From Alphaproteobacteria bacterium (GTDB lineage: Bacteria; Pseudomonadota; Alphaproteobacteria; UBA9219; RGZA01), in assembly GCA_033762625.1 (NCBI GenBank), contig JANRLI010000007.1, positions 151,541 through 215,540 of the forward strand: a DNA stretch of 64,000 nt. Direction: 5' to 3'. Both the position numbers and the translations under genes were made by a program. Each line of letters opens with the position of its first letter. Within the stretch, counting starts at the first letter, position 1. Of this stretch, positions 28,929 through 37,825 are shown one piece after another. The notes beneath the pieces were generated by a model. That model saw nothing but the letters and a program-made list of their open reading frames with translations, searched no databases and was not told the origin of the DNA.

Positions 28929-28960
28929 CACCCGCCCTGTAAGGGGCGGGTGCTTTATTA
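28929..28960 (+). terminator. rho-independent terminator
   Basis: Hairpin CACCCGCCC-tgtaag-GGGCGGGTG followed by CTTTATT. A second palindrome GCGAAGC...GCTTCGC at 28994-29013 could terminate the convergent rpsA. Confidence 0.6.
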
Positions 28961-29044
28961 CTTTATTAGCCATTCGCTCTGCGCCTTGTTATTGCGAAGC
29001 CTCTGTGCTTCGCACAAACGGCGCAACCGCTCGGGCGATAAGGA

Positions 29045-30910
29045 TTAATCCTTCTTATCTTCTTTGTTCTTCTTCAAGGCTGCGCCGAGGATATCGCCAA
29101 GGCTTGCACCTGAATCCGATGAACCGTATTCGGCCATCGCTTCTTTTTCTTCATCAACTTCACGTGCCTTGATGGAGAGGGTGATTTTGCGTGCGCCCTT
29201 GTCAATTTGCGTGACTTTGGCATCCACTTTTTCACCAACCGCAAAGCGGTCTGGACGTTGTTCGGTGCGTTCACGTGACAGTTCAGCCTTGCGGATGAAG
29301 CCCGTGAGGTTATCAAGCAGGGTTACTTCCACGCCATTTTCATTGGTGGAGGTAATGGTGCAGGTAACCACATCGCCCTTCTTAACGCCCAAGGAAACGC
29401 CTTCGAATGGGTCGGCAGAAAGCTGCTTGATACCCAAGGAAATACGTTCTTTTTCGGCGTCGTTTTCCAGAACCTTGAACTTGACAACCTGGCCTTTGGC
29501 GTAGTTGGCAAGTGCTTCTTCGCCGGACTTGTCCCATGAAATATCGGACATGTGGATCATGCCATCGATATCGCCGGGCAATGCCACAAACAGACCGAAT
29601 TCGGTGATGTTGCGGATTTCGCCTTCGAGTTCGGTGCCAGCAGGATGCTTCTCTGCGAACTGTGCCCATGGATTTTCCTGGCATTGCTTCACGCCCAAGG
29701 ATACGCGGCGTTTTGCACTGTCCACATCCAGAACGACAACTTCGACTTCTTGGCCGGGGTTGACGATCTTGTTCGGGTGCATGTTCTTCTTGGTCCATGA
29801 CATTTCTGACACGTGCACAAGACCTTCGATGCCGGGTTCAAGTTCAACAAATGCACCGTAATCGGTGATGTTGGTAACCTTACCGCTGAAGCGCGTACCG
29901 GCTGGGTACTTGGCTGCAACGCCTTCCCATGGATCGGACTCCAATTGCTTCATGCCAAGGCTGATACGCTGGGTTTCCGAGTTGAAGCGGATAACCTGTA
30001 CCTTCACGCTTTGGCCGATTTGCAATGCTTCGGATGGGTGGTTGATGCGCTTCCATGAAATATCGGTAACGTGGAGCAAACCATCAACACCGCCCAGATC
30101 AACGAACGCACCGTAATCGGTGATGTTCTTGACCACGCCTTGCAGGATCTGACCTTCCTTGAGGTTGGATACGAGTTCAGTGCGTGCTTCGGCGCGGCTT
30201 TCTTCCAGAACAGCACGGCGTGACACAACGATGTTACCACGCACGCGATCCATCTTTAAAATCTGGAATGGTTGCGGGGTGCCCATCAATGGGGTGATGT
30301 CCTTCACCGGACGGATATCGACTTGGGAGCCTGGCAAGAATGCAACTGCGCCTTGGAGATCAACGGTGAAACCACCCTTAACCTTACCAAAGATGATACC
30401 GTTAACACGGGTTTGCGAGGTGTGGGATTGTTCGAGCAATACCCAAGCTTCTTCGCGTTTTGCTTTTTCGCGTGATAGCACGGACTCGCCATTGCGGTCT
30501 TCCATGCGTTCTACGAATACGTCAACAAGGTCACCGTTCTTCAATTCAACATTGCCCGATGCGCCGAATTCGCGGATGTTAACGCGGCCTTCGGATTTCA
30601 GACCAGCGTCGATAACAACGAAGTCTTTTTCTACAGCGATGATGCGACCCTTTACAACCTGACCTTCAAGGCTCTTTTGCTTGCCATAGGCTTCGTTGAA
30701 GAGGTCTGCAAACTTTTCACCCTTTAGGTACTGGGTGTAATCTTGTTCATCAGGGGTGATGGTGATGGCGCGGCGTTTTGGTTGGCTGCGGCTGTTGTTG
30801 CGGTTGTTTCTGTCACCGCGACCTTCTTTACCGCCTTTTTTCGCGCGGTCGTTCTTCTTGGGCTCTGCGGATGCTTCGCCGTCTTTGGGTTTACGTGCTG
30901 CTTGTGTCAT
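29045..30910 (-). CDS. rpsA: 30S ribosomal protein S1 with a basic N-terminal extension
   Basis: Six S1-domain repeats (GxV.G.V..I.DFGAFV pattern). The first ~50 residues form a K/R/N-rich low-complexity extension. Confidence 0.9.
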   Translation of the reverse strand: MTQAARKPKDGEASAEPKKNDRAKKGGKEGRGDRNNRNNSRSQPKRRAITITPDEQDYTQYLKGEKFADLFNEAYGKQKSLEGQVVKGRIIAVEKDFVVIDAGLKSEGRVNIREFGASGNVELKNGDLVDVFVERMEDRNGESVLSREKAKREEAWVLLEQSHTSQTRVNGIIFGKVKGGFTVDLQGAVAFLPGSQVDIRPVKDITPLMGTPQPFQILKMDRVRGNIVVSRRAVLEESRAEARTELVSNLKEGQILQGVVKNITDYGAFVDLGGVDGLLHVTDISWKRINHPSEALQIGQSVKVQVIRFNSETQRISLGMKQLESDPWEGVAAKYPAGTRFSGKVTNITDYGAFVELEPGIEGLVHVSEMSWTKKNMHPNKIVNPGQEVEVVVLDVDSAKRRVSLGVKQCQENPWAQFAEKHPAGTELEGEIRNITEFGLFVALPGDIDGMIHMSDISWDKSGEEALANYAKGQVVKFKVLENDAEKERISLGIKQLSADPFEGVSLGVKKGDVVTCTITSTNENGVEVTLLDNLTGFIRKAELSRERTEQRPDRFAVGEKVDAKVTQIDKGARKITLSIKAREVDEEKEAMAEYGSSDSGASLGDILGAALKKNKEDKKD

Positions 30911-31048
30911 TGAGTTTCTTTCTTGAAGACCTGACGTCTTCGGCGGAGTGGGTTAGTGTGTCAAAACGTGAGAGTCATTTTTTGTCACGCATCATGTCCG
31001 CACATGAGTTGCGTGAAATAAACGCCACGTCGCTTGGCACATGCCAAG

Positions 31049-31693
31049 CTATCTAAATGAATTTACGATTTTCAGGGCGGCCGCAAAGGCTTCATCCACA
31101 TTCAAATCGCTGGTATCCAGTTTCACAGCATCAACTGCAATTTTGGATGGCGCGGTTGTTCGGGTTTCATCCCTTGCATCCCGTGCCTGTAAATCCGTTA
31201 GAACGGCGTCATATGTAGTGGTTTGCCCTTTATTTTGCAACTCTTTAAATCGCCGTTCTGCCCGTTTTTCAGCAGAAGCGGTAATAAACAGCTTAATTTT
31301 AGCGTGTGGGGCGATAACGGTGCCAATATCGCGGCCATCAAGCACCGCGCCGCCCGCCTGATTAGCAAAGGATTGCTGTAATTCCACCAGTTCGCGGCGG
31401 ACTTCGGGCATCGCTGCAACCATGGAGCTAGGCTGTGAAATGGCGTGCCCCCGCAGCTCCGGATCATCAAACGATATGGTTATAATGTTTTGGCGCAGGT
31501 GAATGGCGGCATTACGCGCGGCATCGATATCATCGGCGGCTTTATTCTGACTTTTAAGCGATAGCGCAACCCAGCGGTATAAAAGCCCCGTATCAAGATA
31601 GGGGAGGCGAAAATGGTCAGCGAGTTTTCGGGCGATGGTGCCCTTGCCGCTGGCCGATGGCCCGTCGATGGCAATGATAAAGTCATTAGACAT
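31049..31693 (-). CDS. cmk: cytidylate kinase
   Basis: IIAIDGPSASGKGTIARKLADHFRLPYLDTGLLYR. Confidence 0.9.
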   Translation of the reverse strand: MSNDFIIAIDGPSASGKGTIARKLADHFRLPYLDTGLLYRWVALSLKSQNKAADDIDAARNAAIHLRQNIITISFDDPELRGHAISQPSSMVAAMPEVRRELVELQQSFANQAGGAVLDGRDIGTVIAPHAKIKLFITASAEKRAERRFKELQNKGQTTTYDAVLTDLQARDARDETRTTAPSKIAVDAVKLDTSDLNVDEAFAAALKIVNSFR

Positions 31694-31724
31694 GGAATGG
31701 GTTTATTGAAGAATGATTTTTAAA

Positions 31725-33089
31725 TCAAGTCACAGCAGGGCGTACCGCATTGGTTAGCAGTTGCGCAGCGCCATGTGCCACATGGCAGGCCCCACGTACT
31801 GCTGCAAATTTGGAAGATGTTTCAAGAATACCAACCTTCACGGCTGCTTGGCGCAGTCGTGGGTGAGTGGGGATTAGCACCTGCGTACGGTGGAATTGTA
31901 AAAGCATATCGTGAATGCGGCGGTCGCCCTTAAAGCTATCGACCAGCGATTTCGCAATCAGCATGCTTTGGTTCAGGCCAACGCCCGATTGCGCGGCGAT
32001 GAAATGGACACCTTCTTCGCTGGTAAGGGAGCCGACAATTGGCAACAGATTACTGGATGTATTTAAGCCGCCCACAGTAGGCTTAATGCGGTAATGCCCG
32101 TTGGCTAAAAACGGCAGGCGTTCAAATAGTTCACGGCGCACATCGGCAATCATATCGGCGATATTTTTTTCGGTGGTTTCATGGTTGGGGCTACCAAAAC
32201 AACCGCCAAACCCCATCGCCAAATAGCCATCGCTGCGCAGGCTGAACCATAAAAAATCCCCTTCAAGGGGATTTTGATTGCTCTTTAAATCGCTATCACA
32301 TCCCGCGAGGGGTTGTGCGTTTGGCGAGATACGTTTGAAATCATCCTTGGCGAGGCGCACAGCGATGCGACCCGTATAAACCGTAACTGTACGGTGATGC
32401 AGGAATTCGATTTGCCGACTGAGAATATCTCCGCCTGCTAAAACCAGCTTGTCGGTTTGCAGCATTTGGCCAGTGGTGAGAATGACTGCATGTTTTTTTG
32501 ATGAGCGTTTTAAGGGTTCGTGCGAGTCATATTCGCTGCCTTCCGCAATGATGCCGCCGCGCTTAACAAAGGCGTCCGCAAGGCCATAGATGAATTTGGG
32601 CGTATCAAAGGATGCAATATCGGGAAAATGTAGCCCCACATTGTAGCCATTGAAATCAGCAAATTTTTTTAACGCTGCGCCTTCATGGAATTCGGGTTCA
32701 GGAATGCCCAGCGCGCGGCGGGGCCTCATGAATTCATCAAGCTTTGAGAATTCGGATGCCTGTTCATCGACAATCCAGTAGCCATGCCGCGCGCCGCATT
32801 TGATTTTTTCCCGGGCAATAATTGCATCAGTCAGTTTGGATGTTTCGATGGTTTCGCGGTAAAGCTCCAAGGCTTTATCTTCGCCAAGTAATTTGACGAG
32901 TTCGCTATAGTCCGCTTCAAACCCGGGCATGCGGTGGCCGCCAGAACGTCCTGAAAGGCCGGCGCCTGTGCCTTTGCGATCAAGAACCAGAACGGAGTGA
33001 TTTGGAAACTGGCATTTGTAAAAATAAGCGGTGGCAAGGCCGGCAATGCCAGCCCCCACAACAATCAAATCATGCTTATCTGGAATCAT
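31725..33089 (-). CDS. FAD-dependent oxidoreductase (DAO family)
   Basis: N-terminal dinucleotide-binding motif DLIVVGAGIAGLATAY. The 454-aa length is typical of the amine/amino-acid oxidase family. Confidence 0.7.
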   Translation of the reverse strand: MIPDKHDLIVVGAGIAGLATAYFYKCQFPNHSVLVLDRKGTGAGLSGRSGGHRMPGFEADYSELVKLLGEDKALELYRETIETSKLTDAIIAREKIKCGARHGYWIVDEQASEFSKLDEFMRPRRALGIPEPEFHEGAALKKFADFNGYNVGLHFPDIASFDTPKFIYGLADAFVKRGGIIAEGSEYDSHEPLKRSSKKHAVILTTGQMLQTDKLVLAGGDILSRQIEFLHHRTVTVYTGRIAVRLAKDDFKRISPNAQPLAGCDSDLKSNQNPLEGDFLWFSLRSDGYLAMGFGGCFGSPNHETTEKNIADMIADVRRELFERLPFLANGHYRIKPTVGGLNTSSNLLPIVGSLTSEEGVHFIAAQSGVGLNQSMLIAKSLVDSFKGDRRIHDMLLQFHRTQVLIPTHPRLRQAAVKVGILETSSKFAAVRGACHVAHGAAQLLTNAVRPAVT

Positions 33090-33098
33090 GCGATAAGC

Positions 33099-33713
33099 TT
33101 ATTCGTTTGGTGCCTCTTTTGGCACGATGATTTCACCGGGAATGTGCGAACCATCTGTGGGTAATTCCATCTGGTAAGGTGTGCCGGTGATGGTTGGTTT
33201 GGCTGATGTAACCGTGTCATAAATGGCATAAGCCAAATAGCCAGCAATTACCGCTGTGCCTATATAAGCAGCAGTGTTGGAAACGCCGCCAGCTTGCGCC
33301 AGTTTCTTGGTGGTGACCTCTTCGGTTTCCCCGAGTTTGCGGATCTCAAGGATCTTTTTGGCGTTCACTTGCAAATAAATCATGCGGCTGATTTGCTGCA
33401 CGGCGATCGCATAGACGATGCCCGGAATATTTTTAATGCCGGCCATTTCAAGGCCAAGGTCAATACAATAAACGATGACAAAATAGGCAAGCATCGACCA
33501 ATACATCTTTCGGTATAAAAACCAGACAGGTGCAAGGCCGAGCGCAAGCCAGTTGATGTTTTTGAAATCGAATAGGGTTTTGGGACGCTCCGCGTATTTT
33601 AATGCGCGCCATGTTGGTTCGTACTGTGCCCAGTTTTTTCCGGTAAAAAGGGCCATATCGGCATCATCGACCAAGTGGATGTCGGATTGCTTTTTTACCT
33701 GCTGATTGTTCAT
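33099..33713 (-). CDS. DUF2628-like membrane protein
   Basis: FKNINWLALGLAPVWFLYRKMYW block, two transmembrane helices. Confidence 0.55.
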   Translation of the reverse strand: MNNQQVKKQSDIHLVDDADMALFTGKNWAQYEPTWRALKYAERPKTLFDFKNINWLALGLAPVWFLYRKMYWSMLAYFVIVYCIDLGLEMAGIKNIPGIVYAIAVQQISRMIYLQVNAKKILEIRKLGETEEVTTKKLAQAGGVSNTAAYIGTAVIAGYLAYAIYDTVTSAKPTITGTPYQMELPTDGSHIPGEIIVPKEAPNE

Positions 33714-33745
33714 TTAATATTACGCCTAGATTAATGTGCACTGGA

Positions 33746-34018
33746 TTATTTAAATAGTTCTGAATGGCTGCCTGTTCGAACTAAGTATAGAATATCGTCT
33801 TTTATAGAATAAATAAGCAGCCAATCAGGTTTTATGTGGCATTCGCGATGCCCTCTCCAGTTATTACTAAGTTTATGATCATTATACTCTTGAGCAAGCC
33901 TTTTGCGAGAAGCTAAGGTTAGAATAACTAATTCCAAATCATCGAGTTTTTTGTTTTGCCGCGCAATTTTCTTTAAGTCTTTCTTGAAACTGCTGGTTCG
34001 ATGAATGCGTAAAGTCAT
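33746..34018 (-). CDS. yafQ: type II toxin, YafQ/RelE family mRNA interferase
   Basis: 90 aa. The C-terminus HRECHIKPDWLLIYSIKDDILYLVRTGSHSELF parallels E. coli YafQ ...DAHVEPDWILIYKLTDKLLRFERTGTHAALF. It overlaps the upstream antitoxin by 4 nt. Confidence 0.7.
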   Translation of the reverse strand: MTLRIHRTSSFKKDLKKIARQNKKLDDLELVILTLASRKRLAQEYNDHKLSNNWRGHRECHIKPDWLLIYSIKDDILYLVRTGSHSELFK

Positions 34019-34296
34019 TTTTTCTTCAGTGCTTTAAATTCTTTTCTCAACTGTTCTATTGTAACTTCTTCAGTTTGGCCTTCCTCAACTTCGTGCATGG
34101 CTGCCAATGTCTCAGCATTCGGTACCCGTGCGGTAGGTTGAAATGGCAGCCCATTGCTATTGACGCTTTGTTGAAGAAATAATCGAACAGCTTCTGATGT
34201 TTTAAGGCCGATGGACGAAAAAACCATATCCGCCTGCGCTCTAAGGTCAGAAGAAATCCTTATTTGCAATGTGTCTGTGTTTGTAGTCATTGTCAA
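34015..34296 (-). CDS. dinJ: type II antitoxin, DinJ/RelB family
   Basis: 93 aa. LQIRISSDLRAQADMVFSSIGLKTSEAVRLFLQQSV...LPF resembles DinJ RARIDEDLKNQAADVLAGMGLTISDLVRITLTKVAREKALPF. Confidence 0.65.
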   Translation of the reverse strand: MTMTTNTDTLQIRISSDLRAQADMVFSSIGLKTSEAVRLFLQQSVNSNGLPFQPTARVPNAETLAAMHEVEEGQTEEVTIEQLRKEFKALKKK

Positions 34297-34404
34297 TCCT
34301 TTTGTAATACATTTGCAATAATAATACTACAAAAAGTAGTTACATTCAATTCGTTTTTTTGCAAAAGTGAAAAAAGCGAACAAAAAAATCTAATAAAAAC
34401 AATA

Positions 34405-35736
34405 TTATGAAATACTTGCACCAAGATTATTCATGAGGCCAACAAAATTCGGGAAGCTGGTGTTAATAAAACCGCCATCATCAATATTTACAGATTGCTG
34501 TGATGCCAGCCCCATTACCAAAAAGCTCATCGCAATACGGTGGTCCATAGCGGTAGCAATAGTGGCGCCGCCTTTTGGTGCTTTGCCGTTGCCATTCACA
34601 ATAAGTGTTTCGCCTTTTATCTCGTGTTCTACGCCGCAGGCTTTCAACCCATCGGCGATCATTGCCAAACGGTCGCTTTCCTTTACCCGTAGCTCGCCCA
34701 AGCCATCCATCGTCGTGGTGCCATCGGCATATCCGGCAAGGACTGATAATATAGGATATTCATCAATCATCGATGCAGCACGGCTGGCAGGAACATGCAC
34801 GCCTTTTAATGCGGAATGTTTGACGCGGATATCGGCAACTTTTTCGCCAGCCTGCATGCGTTCGTTTTCATAAACAACATCGCCGCCCATTTCGCGCACT
34901 GTTTCATAGAAGCCCGCGCGCAGCGGATTAATGCAGACATTTTTAACGAGCAGGTTTGATCCAGAAGTAATCAGTGCGGCAGCAACAGGGAAGGCAGCAG
35001 AGGAAGGGTCTGCGGGAACATCAATATCCTTTGCAATCAATTCCGGCTGGCCATGCAGATGAATAACATTTTTACCTTCCTTATTCTTGGCATAGGTAAT
35101 CTTCGCGCCAAAATGTTCCAACATGGTTTCGGTATGATCGCGCGTGGGGGTGGGTTCGATAACCGTTGTTATACCAGGGGTATTTAAGCCACATAACAGC
35201 ACGGCGGATTTCACCTGCGCCGATGCAACGGGCAATGAATAGGTAATCGGAATAGGGGATGATGTGCCGATGACGGCAAGCGGCAAACGACCGGCGGAAC
35301 GTCCATGAAAGCTGACGCCCATCTGTTGCAAAGGAATAGTCACACGCGCCATGGGGCGTTTACGTAAACTGTCATCGCCTGTGAAGAAGGTTGTGAAGCC
35401 ATAGCTGCCGACCAGCCCCATCAACAATCGCGTTGAGGTGCCGGAATTTCCTAAATCGAGAATATTGTCTGGTTCCAGCAATCCGCCAACGCCAACGCCC
35501 TGCACCCACCATGAACCGTCGGCATTCTTGCCAGATTGCACACCCATTTGGGATAGCGCCTTTGCGGTGTTCAAAACATCTTCACCTTCGAGTAACCCGC
35601 GGATGGTGGTTTTGCCAATCGCCATGCCACCCAGCATAAGGGCACGGTGGGAGATGGATTTATCGCCCGGAACAGTCAGTTCCCCCTTTATGGAATTGGC
35701 ATTATGGCTACTTAGGGGCTGGGGTACGTGCGACAT
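34405..35736 (-). CDS. aroA: 3-phosphoshikimate 1-carboxyvinyltransferase (EPSP synthase)
   Basis: 443 aa with the motifs LGNSGTSTRLLMGL and KESDRLAMIADGLKACGV. Confidence 0.9.
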   Translation of the reverse strand: MSHVPQPLSSHNANSIKGELTVPGDKSISHRALMLGGMAIGKTTIRGLLEGEDVLNTAKALSQMGVQSGKNADGSWWVQGVGVGGLLEPDNILDLGNSGTSTRLLMGLVGSYGFTTFFTGDDSLRKRPMARVTIPLQQMGVSFHGRSAGRLPLAVIGTSSPIPITYSLPVASAQVKSAVLLCGLNTPGITTVIEPTPTRDHTETMLEHFGAKITYAKNKEGKNVIHLHGQPELIAKDIDVPADPSSAAFPVAAALITSGSNLLVKNVCINPLRAGFYETVREMGGDVVYENERMQAGEKVADIRVKHSALKGVHVPASRAASMIDEYPILSVLAGYADGTTTMDGLGELRVKESDRLAMIADGLKACGVEHEIKGETLIVNGNGKAPKGGATIATAMDHRIAMSFLVMGLASQQSVNIDDGGFINTSFPNFVGLMNNLGASIS

Positions 35737-35868
35737 AAAAGTGCTTTTACATTAGGGAGTTAGGGTGTTTTCAAAATAGTTTTGACAGCAAACCTCACCT
35801 ATGGCAAGTCAGCGGCTCTGTTTTTCACAATAATCAAGATTCCAATAGTCATTCTAGGGAGTTACAAC

Positions 35869-36180
35869 GTGGTCAATCCGGATTGGGGCATTAAGCGTAC
35901 CTGCCATTCCTGCGGCGCTAAATATTATGATTTTAAGAAGAAGGCACCCGAATGCCCAAGCTGCAACACGCTGTTTGATCCTGAAGCGCTGCTGAAGTCA
36001 CGCCGCCGCGCGATGCCGGAAGAAAAAGTGAAGAAGGTTGAAACCGTTGAAGAAGTGGTGGTGGATACCGAAGAAGAAGTCGAGGAGACCGAGAGCGATG
36101 AAGTGTTGGAAAACACCGACGATCTTGGCGGCGACGACGTAGAAGTTGAAGCCGAAAAGGAAGAGGAAGAAGAGAAATAA
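35869..36180 (+). CDS. TIGR02300-family (FYDLN_acid) zinc-ribbon protein with an acidic tail
   Basis: WGIKRTCHSCGAKYYDFKKKAPECPSCN zinc ribbon plus an E/D-rich C-terminus. The probable start is GTG at 35869 with an AGGGAG ribosome-binding site. The ORF-table ATG at 35782 adds an implausible hydrophobic leader. Confidence 0.6.
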   Translation: MVNPDWGIKRTCHSCGAKYYDFKKKAPECPSCNTLFDPEALLKSRRRAMPEEKVKKVETVEEVVVDTEEEVEETESDEVLENTDDLGGDDVEVEAEKEEEEEK

Positions 36181-36190
36181 TTCTCGACTT

Positions 36191-36766
36191 CTATTCCTTC
36201 AGGGCGCGTTCAATGCGCCTGTCCGGAATTAGCCAGATAATCGCAACGATCGTGTAGATGATGTTTGCTACTGTAGGCATCACGAAGGACGATGCAATTC
36301 CGCAGCAATATAAAAGCGGTGATAGCTTGCCTTTGATATCACTCCCCAATGCTTTGCGCAGGATGGAATTCGCGCCATGCGAACGGATAATCACCAATTG
36401 CAGGATGTAATAGGCGATCGCTGCCATCAGCAACATGACACCATATACAGCGGTGGGTACTGGTGCAAAGTGGTTTTCCCCCATCCATGCGGTTGCAAAC
36501 GGCACCAGCGATAGCCAGAACAGTAAATGCGTATTTGCCCATAAAATGGAACCAGATACATGATGCACCGTGTGCAGCATGTGGTGATGGTTATTCCAAT
36601 AGATGGCCACGTATATAAAGCTCAGCACGTAGCTTAAAAACACCGGCATCAATTCCAGTAGCGCGGAAAAATCCGCGCTATGCGGTGCTTTCAATTCCAG
36701 CACCATGATGGTGATGATGATGGCGATCACGCCATCGCTGAATGCGGCCAATCTCTCGCGTTCCAT
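36191..36766 (-). CDS. DUF1211 / TMEM175-like membrane protein (putative K+ channel family)
   Basis: The hallmark RxxxFSDGVIAIIITIMVLEL begins at the internal ATG at 36766. Six transmembrane helices. Confidence 0.65.
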   Translation of the reverse strand: MERERLAAFSDGVIAIIITIMVLELKAPHSADFSALLELMPVFLSYVLSFIYVAIYWNNHHHMLHTVHHVSGSILWANTHLLFWLSLVPFATAWMGENHFAPVPTAVYGVMLLMAAIAYYILQLVIIRSHGANSILRKALGSDIKGKLSPLLYCCGIASSFVMPTVANIIYTIVAIIWLIPDRRIERALKE

Positions 36767-37695
36767 TATCTTCTCCTCCTTATATCGGGCTTTCGCCAGA
36801 ACACTGTGCTTAAGCCCCATGTCAGTGCGCGTGCGATGGTTTTGAAGCTCGCTTTACGTGCGCTTTGAACCGATTTACGTTTTTGCCAGAGCTGTTTGGG
36901 ATGCTTGAATGCAGCGATTAGACCCGATAGCCGCGCATTAAAGTGCAGCACATCGCATAGCATGAACACGTGAATTAGAATGTGTAGCGGGAGGAGTGGA
37001 TAGAACAATGCATCCGGCATATTCTTAACAAACGTCCAGACGATATTCCGACTTGTATAATAATACGCTTCCTTATGCGGATGTTCGGTCACAAATAAAA
37101 CCGCTTCGCTCGCCAATATTGCGTGATGACCCGCAAGGCGAAGGCGGAATGCCAAATCGGTATCTTCGCACATGGTTTCAAATTCGTCGTCAAACCCGCC
37201 CAGTTGTTCAAACACATTTTTTTGAATAAAGATGCAAGCCGTGTTTGCACCAAAGCATTCGCCTTCATCGGGCAATACATCCATCGGCCAGTCTTTGCCG
37301 CCGCAGAATGGAAAGCCCGCAAAGAAATAGGATTTCCCCGCAGCCGCCAGCATTTCCGGTGCGGCATTATCCAACTGGGTTGCTGCAAACATGGCGCAAT
37401 CGGGAAAGCGCAGGGATGCGGCATAGAGCCGTGCGAGGCATTCATCTTCCAAAACCGAAGTGGCACCTAGGAATAAAAGCCATTCGCCTGCGGCCTGCCT
37501 TGCGGCCAGATTTTTCGCAGCAATGATGTTCGATGTATCCGCTTCGATGCAGCGGAAGCGTTCGTCCGGCAGCGGGTGTTTTAGACCCACCACCAATACT
37601 TCAATATCGCGCTGGGTTTGCTGTGCTATGCTGGTTAAGCAGCGGGAAAGCATCCCTCTATCGCCTTTATTCACAACTATTACAGAAAATTTCAT
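36766..37695 (-). CDS. family 2 glycosyltransferase
   Basis: MKFSVIVVNKGDRGMLSRCLTSIAQQT...EVLVVGL (GT-A N-terminus) and a DxD-like EDTD. Its stop overlaps the DUF1211 start as TAATG. Confidence 0.65.
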   Translation of the reverse strand: MKFSVIVVNKGDRGMLSRCLTSIAQQTQRDIEVLVVGLKHPLPDERFRCIEADTSNIIAAKNLAARQAAGEWLLFLGATSVLEDECLARLYAASLRFPDCAMFAATQLDNAAPEMLAAAGKSYFFAGFPFCGGKDWPMDVLPDEGECFGANTACIFIQKNVFEQLGGFDDEFETMCEDTDLAFRLRLAGHHAILASEAVLFVTEHPHKEAYYYTSRNIVWTFVKNMPDALFYPLLPLHILIHVFMLCDVLHFNARLSGLIAAFKHPKQLWQKRKSVQSARKASFKTIARALTWGLSTVFWRKPDIRRRR

Positions 37696-37825
37696 TAATG
37701 AGGGCCCTTGAAACGCATGATTTAGGCAACAAAATGAATAGAAACCGCCTGAAAACAAAATGAAATGCTGGACAGTAGAGGTGCTATTCTGCACTAATTA
37801 GGAGATAAAAAAAGGACTAAAAAAA

